Below are positions 9,241 through 18,891 of a stretch of 64,000 nucleotides of DNA, one piece after another; positions within the stretch are counted from its first letter, which is position 1, and every line of letters starts with the position of its first letter. The position numbers and the translations under genes were made by a program. The stretch covers positions 75,527 through 139,526 of IMG/VR virus record IMGVR_UViG_3300040801_001812; one strand, given 5' to 3'. This DNA is from a virus. The notes beneath the pieces are model-generated. The model searched no databases, was not told where the DNA came from, and saw only the letters and a list, made by a program, of their open reading frames with translations.

Positions 9241-10502
9241 TAGCTATCCGATGGGCAGTAAACGTCGATGTCGTCGATTTCACTACCACTTCCGCTTCGC
9301 ATCGGTTTGTAGTAGGCAGTGGCGATACCTGAGGCGTTCGTAGCAGCAATCGCCTGGATCGAAGTAGGAACTCCGTTAGCGTCAAAAAATGTATCCCCGG
9401 TGTTATCCTGGATGCTGCCAATACGATCAGTCCAAGTCGAGGAATCGTCAGGATCTTCCCCGTTTATCACGAACTTCGTGTTGACGCTGGGGATCACAAC
9501 GTTGAAAGCATCCCGAGCGTGATACTCCAGGGTGATTGGGTCGTCAGAACCGAAAGTCGTCAGGTTATTCCCGATCACGAAGTTACTTCGATCAGCATCG
9601 GGGATTTGGGTAGCACGGTCATAGTAGATCGCCGACTTCCAAGCCAGCGAGCTATTGCTGTTGAGTCCTTCAAACAGCATGAAGACCTCAGAAGCCATGA
9701 CTACATAGCCCCAGATGCTCGTAGAGATCGAGGGTGCCCACGTCGTCTGACCCAGATAGCTGAGGTCGTCCTTGTCAAATTTCAACACGCGGCAGGAGGT
9801 AGCGGTTGACCCGGTGTTCACAAACACAATGATGTTTCCATCGTTCGCGATAGCAATACCACGGATCCTTGCCAGCGTGTTGTTCGACATGTAGTTAGGT
9901 GAGAGATCCACCTCGTGACTGGGATCAACATCAGATCCATCCCAGGTAACCGGGTAAGCGTACCGACGAAGCTGGAACTCGTTGCCGTCGTTGTTGTTGG
10001 TCACGATATAGAACGCCGTGCCCTGGTCCACATCCAACCCAGCAACATGGTTCATCTCAACCGGGTCTCCCCCACCACCAACGGTGTCAAGAGGCACGCA
10101 CCCGGTATCTGAACCCGCGCTAAAACCGTCAGCCACCACAAAGCGATGGATAATGGTATTTGGCGAGACCGAAGATGTGCTTTTGCCCAGGACATAGAGC
10201 TTCGCTGTGGCACCTCGGATACAGCCGCACCCAATGGCCCCGTTTGGCCCCCCCTCGTCCTGTTCGTAGACGAACTTATCTTCCGGGTTCGCAGCAACTT
10301 CTGCAAAATCCCAGTCCGACATCGGGTAGTTGGCGTTGCTTGACCCAATATCGATTTTTTTGAAAACCGGGGCGTCATCCTCAACAAAGCCCGCGTAAAT
10401 CCACGACCCATACGGGGCCATGAACCACATGCGCCAGGAACCCTGTCCAAGGCCACTCCAGTTTGCCCATACACTTTTCGCTCCGATAATCGGAAATGAC
10501 AT
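9240..10502 (-). CDS. Beta-rich virion protein (possible beta-propeller plus Ig-like domain)
   Basis: IRGIAIANDGNIIV..RVLKFDKD blade-like segment; C-terminal ARDAFN..TNASGIATAYY Ig-like pattern. Confidence 0.55.
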   Translation of the reverse strand: MSFPIIGAKSVWANWSGLGQGSWRMWFMAPYGSWIYAGFVEDDAPVFKKIDIGSSNANYPMSDWDFAEVAANPEDKFVYEQDEGGPNGAIGCGCIRGATAKLYVLGKSTSSVSPNTIIHRFVVADGFSAGSDTGCVPLDTVGGGGDPVEMNHVAGLDVDQGTAFYIVTNNNDGNEFQLRRYAYPVTWDGSDVDPSHEVDLSPNYMSNNTLARIRGIAIANDGNIIVFVNTGSTATSCRVLKFDKDDLSYLGQTTWAPSISTSIWGYVVMASEVFMLFEGLNSNSSLAWKSAIYYDRATQIPDADRSNFVIGNNLTTFGSDDPITLEYHARDAFNVVIPSVNTKFVINGEDPDDSSTWTDRIGSIQDNTGDTFFDANGVPTSIQAIAATNASGIATAYYKPMRSGSGSEIDDIDVYCPSDS

Positions 10503-10511
10503 TAGTTACTC

Positions 10512-12044
10512 CTACGTAAGAGGTTCTTCACCGGGATAGATGTCTGGCGTTGGTAGCTCTATGGCCTCTGCCATGGTGATGGTGGCTGAGTTCAACACCG
10601 GGACTTCCCACTTCTGGAGCACCACCTCGGTGCCTTTGTCGGTCGTGGTATCGGTATCAGGGTCGTACTCTGTGAAATTCGACATGAAGACGTGGTTCAC
10701 GCCGGGGACCGCCATGACCATCCTGTAGAAAGTGGACTGACGGATATCTTGACCGAAGCCCACGTTCTCCAGTTGGAAAAATTCTCGGATGGCATCGGTA
10801 ACTTGGATACGGACGTTTTCCTGGGAGTAGCCCGGAGTGACGTAGACGGTCATCGCTACGTTGAGATACACATACTCGGGATCGATGAAACGCAGTCTAA
10901 CTGTGATAGGCTGCACCTCCAACAGGTAATCCCGTACGATAGACCGAAGATTTTCTGAAGGAAGGCCCCCTCCGATGGGGACGAGGCAGATGTTGGCCCA
11001 GTTCATGTTCTCATACGACGGTGGATCCTCTTCCTGTTCGCCCCACACGTTCACGTGCTGGACGCCTCCTAACCTCACGATGAGGGCGGTGTAGTCGTAC
11101 TTTGACAAAGGCCGATAGAGAGCCGACAGGGCACCAGGGGCGTTGGTTTTGACCTGCTCCAAGGATTGGCGATCATCGCCCCCGGCAGCAGCGGCTTCGT
11201 TGTTAACCGTGATTCCCTCGACCTTGGCGTTTGTCCTCACTGTGCGGATCGTAGAGAAGACGAGGCTGATTGACCCCGCTCCAACGTTCCCAGAACTACC
11301 GGACGACTGCGTGTAGGAGACTGTGATGGTCTCACCAACCGAAGGAGCACGCCCGTATTTACCGTCTCCGAAGTAGATCCGGCACACACCCAGGTAGTCA
11401 GTTTTGACTACAAAGTGGAAGTCGTTGGTCTCACTGTAGAGGAAGCTCTCCTCCTGAGTCCACTTGACGTTCCCGGTGAGAACTTCAATGGTGGAGATAT
11501 CTACGTCCTGCACACCCAGCTTGACGAACTGGCCTGCGGTCCCATCTGCGGTGAAGGTCTCGGTGTAAGGGTAGCCCTGTACGGCTTCCACGGCTTCGCT
11601 GGTAAGATCCCCAGCGGGGATCGTGGTGTTTTCAGACGTGAGGAACATCCCCGCGTTTCCAGCTCCACCACCAGCAGCAACACCGATTCGAGTACCCTTT
11701 GGGATAAACACCTCTTCGGTTAGTTCTGTGGGGAGCGTGAACTTCACGTCAGCCCGCGCCGATGTCCGCTCGCGGATACGGTATCCAATCAACTGGGTCA
11801 GGCGGTACACGTTCTCAGGCTGGCGGACAGTGGGGAGGAAGGCTTCGAGAGCGTTGGAATCCAGGTAGAACGCGAGCATGTCGCCGAGACCGGCCATCAC
11901 CTCGACGAGGGTGACCGAGACAGATGACTCGTTCAGATCGGTGATCTGTCCATTCGACAACAGCGGTAGACGAGCAATCATCTCCGTACGGAGAGTCCCG
12001 AAGTCTTTCAGGAAGTAGTCAGCTTTGAACTTGGTGTCAGACAT
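10512..12044 (-). CDS. gp6: Baseplate wedge subunit, T4 gp6 / baseplate J-like
   Basis: KDFGTLRTEM, DLNES..LVEVMA..GDMLAFYLD..ALEAFL, IYFGDGKYGRAP, GSSGNVGAG, AAGGDDRQS. Confidence 0.85.
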   Translation of the reverse strand: MSDTKFKADYFLKDFGTLRTEMIARLPLLSNGQITDLNESSVSVTLVEVMAGLGDMLAFYLDSNALEAFLPTVRQPENVYRLTQLIGYRIRERTSARADVKFTLPTELTEEVFIPKGTRIGVAAGGGAGNAGMFLTSENTTIPAGDLTSEAVEAVQGYPYTETFTADGTAGQFVKLGVQDVDISTIEVLTGNVKWTQEESFLYSETNDFHFVVKTDYLGVCRIYFGDGKYGRAPSVGETITVSYTQSSGSSGNVGAGSISLVFSTIRTVRTNAKVEGITVNNEAAAAGGDDRQSLEQVKTNAPGALSALYRPLSKYDYTALIVRLGGVQHVNVWGEQEEDPPSYENMNWANICLVPIGGGLPSENLRSIVRDYLLEVQPITVRLRFIDPEYVYLNVAMTVYVTPGYSQENVRIQVTDAIREFFQLENVGFGQDIRQSTFYRMVMAVPGVNHVFMSNFTEYDPDTDTTTDKGTEVVLQKWEVPVLNSATITMAEAIELPTPDIYPGEEPLT

Positions 12045-12046
12045 GC

Positions 12047-12568
12047 TTACTCCGTAACCTGACCACGGTTAGCCATCCGTGTGGCTTCAACCCCGGTGTA
12101 AAGGCTCCCGGTCTCAGCGCCCTCACGCACGAAGGGATACACGTAGCTCCCCTTGATGTGCGAGTTGCGGATCCGGTACTGGATGTGGACCCCCAGCGTG
12201 TGCCCGTCGCTGCTCAGGTTGTCGAGGATCGCGACGTTCAAAATCTCGATGCGCTTCTCCCATCGCTTCAGCGCGTCAGAGGTGTAGAAGACCAACAGCC
12301 TCTTGAGGATGGCATCGTTGGGTTCGAAGACCAAATCTGGAAGTTTACTTCCAAATTCTGGGTTGAACAACCGCTCACCGATCCGAGTCGCGAGGATGAG
12401 ATGGATCGAGTCGCTGATCCTCTCACCCGCATTAGACTGCGGAATGATCCCAACCGTATTCCCGTCCGTGAAGCGCAGAGGAAAATCAATATCCTGCCCG
12501 ATAACTTCGAGCAGGTTTGTCTTCACAGTATTTTGGGCGATCAGTTGTTCTTCTTCACTAATGGGCAT
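12047..12568 (-). CDS. gp25: Baseplate protein gp25 / GPW family
   Basis: SIHLILATRIGERLFNPEFGSKLPDLVFEP..ALKRWEKRI. Confidence 0.9.
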   Translation of the reverse strand: MPISEEEQLIAQNTVKTNLLEVIGQDIDFPLRFTDGNTVGIIPQSNAGERISDSIHLILATRIGERLFNPEFGSKLPDLVFEPNDAILKRLLVFYTSDALKRWEKRIEILNVAILDNLSSDGHTLGVHIQYRIRNSHIKGSYVYPFVREGAETGSLYTGVEATRMANRGQVTE

Positions 12569-13211
12569 ACTCTACGCTCCCTGGAACGAGGACGAAGAAA
12601 TCCGAGCTGATGGAAAGGTTGCGGATATACGACCCACGCAGCTTGATCTTCCCCTTGTGCCCGAACTGTGGCCCCAAGTTCGCGAAGGCCACCGCGATGT
12701 CACCCGCAGGGTCGAATGAGATAAGACTCGCGATGTGGCCACCTAATAAACCCTCTCCGGGCTTAGGCATCGGGACAACACCGGTAGTCTCGGCCTTGAG
12801 GAAGCTGTCGTAGACAGAACCTCCTACCATCGGGGATAGTCCCTCGGCTAACGCCAGCTTGAGTTGCTTCCAACTAGCAATGCGGTGAAGGGTGTATTGG
12901 AGGATGGTTTTTTTGTTTAGCTCACCCACCAATTCATAGATAGAATCGGATATTCCGGTTGTCCGCATCATGTGCTCGTGGAGTACCGGGAGGTCTTCTT
13001 CTGTAGGTACTGCTTGTGTAGGGGCGTGTGAGTTTATTCCAACGGATAACAGTAGGGCGTTCAGAAGCGGACCCCCCGTAAAATGACGGGGGGAACCGTT
13101 GAGACCTGTGAGATCTACCTGGAGTAGCTCATCTGGGGCCTCGCGGATTGACCGTGCCTTGTACTCATGCGGCACATTCATATTGGGTAATTGTGGGCGG
13201 TACGTGAACAT
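12558..13211 (-). CDS. Papain (C1)-like fold protein, apparently catalytically inactive
   Basis: VYDSF..GVVPMP..EGLLGGH..ISFD..NLGPQFGHKG matches the C1A C-terminal half; QG..GSC motif absent and the protein has no Cys. Confidence 0.65.
   Translation of the reverse strand: MFTYRPQLPNMNVPHEYKARSIREAPDELLQVDLTGLNGSPRHFTGGPLLNALLLSVGINSHAPTQAVPTEEDLPVLHEHMMRTTGISDSIYELVGELNKKTILQYTLHRIASWKQLKLALAEGLSPMVGGSVYDSFLKAETTGVVPMPKPGEGLLGGHIASLISFDPAGDIAVAFANLGPQFGHKGKIKLRGSYIRNLSISSDFFVLVPGSVEYAH
12745..12750 (-). promoter_or_regulatory. Putative intragenic late promoter for the gp25-gp6 genes
   Basis: GGGTTTATTAGGTG, nearly identical to the intergenic copy at 44465; about 180 nt upstream of the gp25 start. 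Confidence 0.4.
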
Positions 13212-13219
13212 TAAGCCTC

Positions 13220-16200
13220 CTACGGAGAGTGAGTCGGGGCAGTACCACCAACAGAACTGTGGTCGCCTGCGGATTGAAGCAACAGATCGTTAGCGGCATC
13301 GATTGTGATATCTCCATTCGCTGAGGAATCAGCATGGATGTCAATCCCATAATTGGTGGCCCCGATATCTATAGCGTTGAGGGCAGTGACGGTAACATCT
13401 GCTCCCCCCATAGCAAGCTCCCCTTTATCGGCTGCCGTACCCCATTGGATACTTGTAGAATCCCCAGCAAGCTCCTGCCAGTTGTTGTGGATCCATGCGT
13501 AATCTCGGTGAAAATAAGCCCCCGTTTTACCTACAACTCCTGGTTGCGTAGCATCCGTTCCGTTGACAGTTAAAGCAGTACCTCTTCCCCCAAAACTACT
13601 CGTTGATGGCGTGTTCCCAACAGCGACAGAAGACACCGCAGTGTACCCCTCATACCCGTGGTCGATTGACACTCCCCCGCCAACACCAAGACACGCTGCC
13701 TGATTTAGCAGGTCGCCTGTGCATCCCACAGCAATACCACCCGCCTCAGGGTAAACCCGAGTGTAGCCTGTAACGCCCACTGAACAAACGCCTCCACCAT
13801 ATGTGCTGGAAGCCGCATTCTTAGTCCCTCCAACATGCAAGGCTCCACCACCTGAGATAATTCCTCCTGTGCCATCCGAACCAATAAAAGCCACGCCTTT
13901 ATCGCAAATCATACTTGCCGTACCACCGACCATTAGACCGCCATCCCCGCCACCGAAAAGAAGTCCATCGGCCCCAACGCTGAGGAAGTCCCCATCTCCC
14001 CGCGAGTTGTAGAATGACCCACCAACAAGAACTACACCGTCTGAAGCCTTAAACTCCCCTGTAGCCCCGCACCCAACAGCCAGTGCGGTAGTGAAATTTG
14101 ACCCGACCATGTCAGTGATACCAACACCGATAGCGTCTGTCCCGCTCTGGATCTTATCTCCCTTTGCGACTACCGTTTGGGGGCAACCATCGACTTCGTC
14201 AAGGTCTGCCCCAACCACAGAACCCGCAAATTGAATACGCCCTTCAAGGGAAGCTAGAAGAGCGGCCCCACCGTTTTGCATATTGATGTTATGGGGTTGT
14301 CGGGCACAGATTAGCCCGATTTTGTCGCCGTGGCAAGTTAACTCTGAGTTGTGTCGTGCCGTGATAACTCCAATATCTCCAGACCCCGTCACGATCCCAC
14401 CCTCGGAACGTGCAGAAATTACCCCTGAAGTGAGGTACACAGTTAGATTGTCCGAGAAAGTACTACGAGCAATGATAACACCACTACCATCTCCAATAAC
14501 CGCGTCCCCTCCAGAAGAGTCCCATCGGGAACCCACAACACCTGAATAACGGCCAACATTGAATTGATCAAGCTCCGAACCAGCAAACATCAACCCAGCG
14601 TTCTCGCCAAATGTGGTGTATGCTACTTCAGACCCCACATCTACCCAGCTCGCGTCGTTTCCAAAACTGATCTCATCGGATACGATATGCCCGGACACCA
14701 CCCCACAGTCATCACCAAAGATGAACTCATCACCGGCAGCACGATTGACTAGGAAAGAGCTAGATCCAGCATTTTCTGAAGCGGCTACCTCTACTCGGTT
14801 GAGAAGGAGGGCGCTTTCAGCCTCGGTCGATACGTTTTCGAAAGCTGCATTGTTAACTAGCAGGGCAGCATGGGTATCCAGCTCTGTGGTACCCCCAATT
14901 TGCCCGTTGTTGATGATCAACGCCGCCATCGCACCAGAGCTTAGGTCTCCTGTGATCTGGACTCGGTTCAAGACTACGCTGCTATCATTGCCTGCGAGGT
15001 CTAGCTCATCGCAGTCAAAACCACTACCCTCCAGCACCTGGGAGGATCCTGTCAGCGTAACCTTCTTCTCGCTAGTCACCTTTGAAAACTGAAGAACGCT
15101 GTCTGACACCGCATCAACGCCTGCGTCCCAATTAGCGTAGACTCCCCGCACAACACTACCGGTCACCGACCACGTTTCGGCTCCGACCAGGGGTGTTGAA
15201 CACCTAATAGCCTCGAACACCGAATTGGTGATGTTAACTTCTTCCTCCCCTGTGAGTTCACTATCGTAAATGTAGAATACACAGGAGTTCAGCGTTAGCG
15301 TTTTGTCAGGGCCATCGTTAGCCCCAAGATCGATAGTAGAGTTGTACAGGCTGTATTGACACTGGTCCAGAGAAAAGCCACAAGTGAGGGTGGTTTCGAT
15401 AGCTTCTCCCGTGCACTTTTCGAAAGACACGGAACCGTTAAGATTACAGTACTTTAGGTGTACATTAGAGTCCGTGATGGACACCTTCCCCTTACTGGCT
15501 GTCACATCCACCTTGGTCATCTCAACCGTAGTGATGCCTTCTCCGTTGAGGATATCCAACGCCTTAGTGTCTTGATCCTGGGCTTCGACTACCGTGGTTT
15601 GGTCTCCGAGGACATGGAGATCGATGACCCCATCTACGTGAACACTCGTTTCTCCCGAATCTGGAGCCGTCCAGCTAGGACAGTTCACGATGAAAAGCTC
15701 AGTGCAGTTATGCGCGTGTAGTGCCTTCTTACCACGGACACTATCAATATTTTCGAGCCTCATGTAGGGGCAACCATCAGCGTATACGCCGTTTAGTGAG
15801 CCGTCTGTGTTCTCAAAACTCGCGTAGTTCGCGATAACCCCACTTACGTCATGGGCGTACACAAGATGCTCGGACCCCGTATCCGCTACAACCGTACCTT
15901 TTTCGGATGTGCAGTGCATTTGGACATCGCCACACTCATGGAGGTGCACACCCCCCTGGCACTCTGAAGCCGTGAAGTTGACAACGTCAACCAGCTCAAT
16001 CTTACCCAGCCCCGCACCGTTCGACTGGAGATATGCGATATACCCAGAAGTAGTTCCCGCATCCAGGGTAGGGATGTTAACCAGCCGAATATGGGCTGTA
16101 GCTGTGATGCTGACAAGATCTCCCGAAGGCTCCGAGGCAGTAATAGTCCCGATGTCTCGCAGTTCGACGAAGGACCCTGTAGATCCCCCACCGTCCAACA

Positions 16201-18889
16201 CAACTGCTTGACCTTCTGTCGTTTCAATGGCGTCCACATCACGCAATAGCGTGCGGCCTTCTGAAGTACCGTTTACGGCGACTCCCTCGGTAGATTTGAT
16301 AGAAGGGACATAGCGTACGAAGAGTTCCGTCCCTTCCCCGATATTCAGATCCATCCCATCGCCTTCGGTAGACTCGACGCTATCCAGGTGAAGAAAGCTA
16401 ACCTTAGATGTATCAGCGGTTGTAACCGATACGGCTTTCCCTTCGGTAGACTCGATGCTTCCGATCTTCTCGAAGCGGGCAGTTGAAGTTCCTGAAGCAG
16501 TGACGACGACAGCGTCCCCCTCGGTGGAAGACACGCCGGAAGCCTCACGAATATCGATGATCGAGTCCCCTAAGACCGAAAGATCCCATGCGGTCTCTTG
16601 CTCAGTTGTGCACTCGGAAAGAACCTCAACAACATAGCACCGCGAAGCGTCACTGGCCTGTACCTTAAGGGGTATCCCCTCAGAACTCTCAAACCCCTGG
16701 ACGGCCCGGAACGTAGCAACAGCCCGACCGCTCAATGTAACATTGGCCCCGTCCCCTTCTTGGGATGTTAGAGCAGAGGTTACGTCCCAAAACGCAACAT
16801 CTGCGTTTCCATTCGCAGTGACCAACAGGGCGTCTCCCTGCTGGCTCTCAACCGTTCCGAGGGCTTTGAACCGGGCCTTTGCACTGCCAAGTACCGTGAG
16901 GTTGAGAGCGTCGTCCTGCTGACTGGTGATTTCATCAACGTCACTGACGTACACCTCTCCGGTCTCGGAAACATGAAAGAAGGCCGCTTTCCCCTGTTGC
17001 GAAGTGATCGATGCCCACTCTCTAGCTTTCACACTACCCTTGATTTGCCCATTGAATGCGAAACTCTGTTGGGACTCAAGGGTCGCGATGTCTGTGGACC
17101 AAAACTGTCCTCCGTCTACCTCTAAGCTGAACGCCATCTCGTTTTGAGAGGAGATCTCCCCGATGTGATCGAACTGAACCTCTCCCGAGTCCTGTTGCCA
17201 GTCCAGAGCCATCGCCTTTTCGCTAGTGATACTCCCCACATTGAGGATGCGGAACTGCTTCAGGGCACCGGAGACAACCATCGCCTTGGCTTGGTCACTC
17301 GTGATCGTATCGATGTCATCCCACTCAGTTGGACCAGAACACCCAGATACCGTTACGCCGACACCCTGGCCTCCGTTGATCGTACCAATACTGGTCAAGA
17401 TCCCCTTGGACTCAGTGATAGATAGTGCCCCATTTCCAGAGATATTATCGATGGAACGGAGGTCATACGTGCACGACGATAGTTCCACGCCAATACCGGA
17501 CTCACCACCAAAGATGTTCCCGGTGATGTTGACACGGAGCTTACTGTCAGTCGCACTGATCCCGCCCAGCGTTCCTGTAATATCCGCCCCACCCAAGTTT
17601 TCAAAGCGGGCACTATTGAGGTCCACAGCCACCCCGGATCCAGACGAGATCGTTGTCGTGTCTCCGAAGTAGATCTCGTGGTCTTCCGAGATCTGGAGGC
17701 ACGTTCCCTGACCGCTAATCACGGTGTGAACGTTACGGAAGTAGGAGCGGGCCTGCCCGGTGAGGATCATGCACGTTCCTTGGCCAGAAGAAACCGTGAT
17801 AACGTCGTTGAATTCGAAAGATGTAGCATCCCCCAGGAGGCAGGTACCTTGCCCGCAAGTGACCGAAATCGCGCCGTTGACGTAGACCTTTGAATCGGTA
17901 GCGTCGATACACGTCCCCTGACCGGCTGTGATGTTCTCGACCAGCGTGCACCGCACACGGGCGTTGTCTAGTACCATAGTAGTACCAGTACCCGAAGAAA
18001 GAGACTGGCCATCCCGCATGAAGAACTCGGAGTCAGTGATCTCCAGGCAATTTGCCTGACCAGAACTGATAACGTCTACCTCGTGTGCCTCAAATTTACT
18101 GTCGCTCTCCAGAGTAATCGTAACACCTGTAGTAGCCATAATGCCTGCCATGTTGTAGGCACGCACGTGGCTGTTGTTCTTCGCAACAATGGCCTTGGCC
18201 ATATCCGCCGACAGGGTCTCGCTGTTGTTAAGGTTAAGCAGGCAGTCTGTATCGACTTCGAAGAAGACGTCCTCTGGGGCGTTGCTCAGATCACACTGGT
18301 CCACGTAGATCTTGCAATGGTTGGTAGCCTTGACAAAGTGGCTGTCAGTCTCGTCGAACGTGCAGCGACGGAACTTCACGTCACAGTAGTCTTCGAAAGT
18401 CAGGGCGACCTCGAAGTCGCACTCGATGAATTCCACCCGGCAGTTCTCACCGATCTCGATGGGGTCATCGGCCTCGAAGGTACACTGGTGAAAGATGACG
18501 TTGCAGTTGTCGCGGATCTCGAAGGTTTCAGTGAACTTACATTGGGTGAAGTGGAGACCGTTGTTGCCGTAGGGCGGGAAGGGTTCTTGGTTGACGTCGG
18601 TCTCACGTGTGTCCTCTTCCAGCCGGTCACCCTCGACTCCGAAGTGGAACTTCTCTTTGAAGAAGCACCCTCTGAACGTCCAGTCCATGTGACCCTCGAA
18701 CCACACCTCTTCCTTTTTGAATACCTTACCCTTCAGCGTGATGCTGGTCATCTCGTGATCGGAAAACCGATAATACGCATACAGGTCGCGGATGTCGCCT
18801 GTAGCGGTCGTAAGCTCCTTAGCGAGATCTTTTATGCCAGCATCCTGCTGCTGGCCATATGAAGTTTCAGGTACGTCTGTGTCAGCCAT
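13220..18889 (-). CDS. Giant (~1890 aa) beta-solenoid virion protein, candidate central spike/fibre
   Basis: F..C.F repeats, then ~22-24 aa repeats (SGQG, SQQG, STEG), a Gly-rich region and gp5/VgrG-like C-terminal strands; follows the gp5-like gene. Start moved to MADTD. Confidence 0.75.
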   Translation of the reverse strand: MADTDVPETSYGQQQDAGIKDLAKELTTATGDIRDLYAYYRFSDHEMTSITLKGKVFKKEEVWFEGHMDWTFRGCFFKEKFHFGVEGDRLEEDTRETDVNQEPFPPYGNNGLHFTQCKFTETFEIRDNCNVIFHQCTFEADDPIEIGENCRVEFIECDFEVALTFEDYCDVKFRRCTFDETDSHFVKATNHCKIYVDQCDLSNAPEDVFFEVDTDCLLNLNNSETLSADMAKAIVAKNNSHVRAYNMAGIMATTGVTITLESDSKFEAHEVDVISSGQANCLEITDSEFFMRDGQSLSSGTGTTMVLDNARVRCTLVENITAGQGTCIDATDSKVYVNGAISVTCGQGTCLLGDATSFEFNDVITVSSGQGTCMILTGQARSYFRNVHTVISGQGTCLQISEDHEIYFGDTTTISSGSGVAVDLNSARFENLGGADITGTLGGISATDSKLRVNITGNIFGGESGIGVELSSCTYDLRSIDNISGNGALSITESKGILTSIGTINGGQGVGVTVSGCSGPTEWDDIDTITSDQAKAMVVSGALKQFRILNVGSITSEKAMALDWQQDSGEVQFDHIGEISSQNEMAFSLEVDGGQFWSTDIATLESQQSFAFNGQIKGSVKAREWASITSQQGKAAFFHVSETGEVYVSDVDEITSQQDDALNLTVLGSAKARFKALGTVESQQGDALLVTANGNADVAFWDVTSALTSQEGDGANVTLSGRAVATFRAVQGFESSEGIPLKVQASDASRCYVVEVLSECTTEQETAWDLSVLGDSIIDIREASGVSSTEGDAVVVTASGTSTARFEKIGSIESTEGKAVSVTTADTSKVSFLHLDSVESTEGDGMDLNIGEGTELFVRYVPSIKSTEGVAVNGTSEGRTLLRDVDAIETTEGQAVVLDGGGSTGSFVELRDIGTITASEPSGDLVSITATAHIRLVNIPTLDAGTTSGYIAYLQSNGAGLGKIELVDVVNFTASECQGGVHLHECGDVQMHCTSEKGTVVADTGSEHLVYAHDVSGVIANYASFENTDGSLNGVYADGCPYMRLENIDSVRGKKALHAHNCTELFIVNCPSWTAPDSGETSVHVDGVIDLHVLGDQTTVVEAQDQDTKALDILNGEGITTVEMTKVDVTASKGKVSITDSNVHLKYCNLNGSVSFEKCTGEAIETTLTCGFSLDQCQYSLYNSTIDLGANDGPDKTLTLNSCVFYIYDSELTGEEEVNITNSVFEAIRCSTPLVGAETWSVTGSVVRGVYANWDAGVDAVSDSVLQFSKVTSEKKVTLTGSSQVLEGSGFDCDELDLAGNDSSVVLNRVQITGDLSSGAMAALIINNGQIGGTTELDTHAALLVNNAAFENVSTEAESALLLNRVEVAASENAGSSSFLVNRAAGDEFIFGDDCGVVSGHIVSDEISFGNDASWVDVGSEVAYTTFGENAGLMFAGSELDQFNVGRYSGVVGSRWDSSGGDAVIGDGSGVIIARSTFSDNLTVYLTSGVISARSEGGIVTGSGDIGVITARHNSELTCHGDKIGLICARQPHNINMQNGGAALLASLEGRIQFAGSVVGADLDEVDGCPQTVVAKGDKIQSGTDAIGVGITDMVGSNFTTALAVGCGATGEFKASDGVVLVGGSFYNSRGDGDFLSVGADGLLFGGGDGGLMVGGTASMICDKGVAFIGSDGTGGIISGGGALHVGGTKNAASSTYGGGVCSVGVTGYTRVYPEAGGIAVGCTGDLLNQAACLGVGGGVSIDHGYEGYTAVSSVAVGNTPSTSSFGGRGTALTVNGTDATQPGVVGKTGAYFHRDYAWIHNNWQELAGDSTSIQWGTAADKGELAMGGADVTVTALNAIDIGATNYGIDIHADSSANGDITIDAANDLLLQSAGDHSSVGGTAPTHSP

Positions 18890-18891
18890 TG

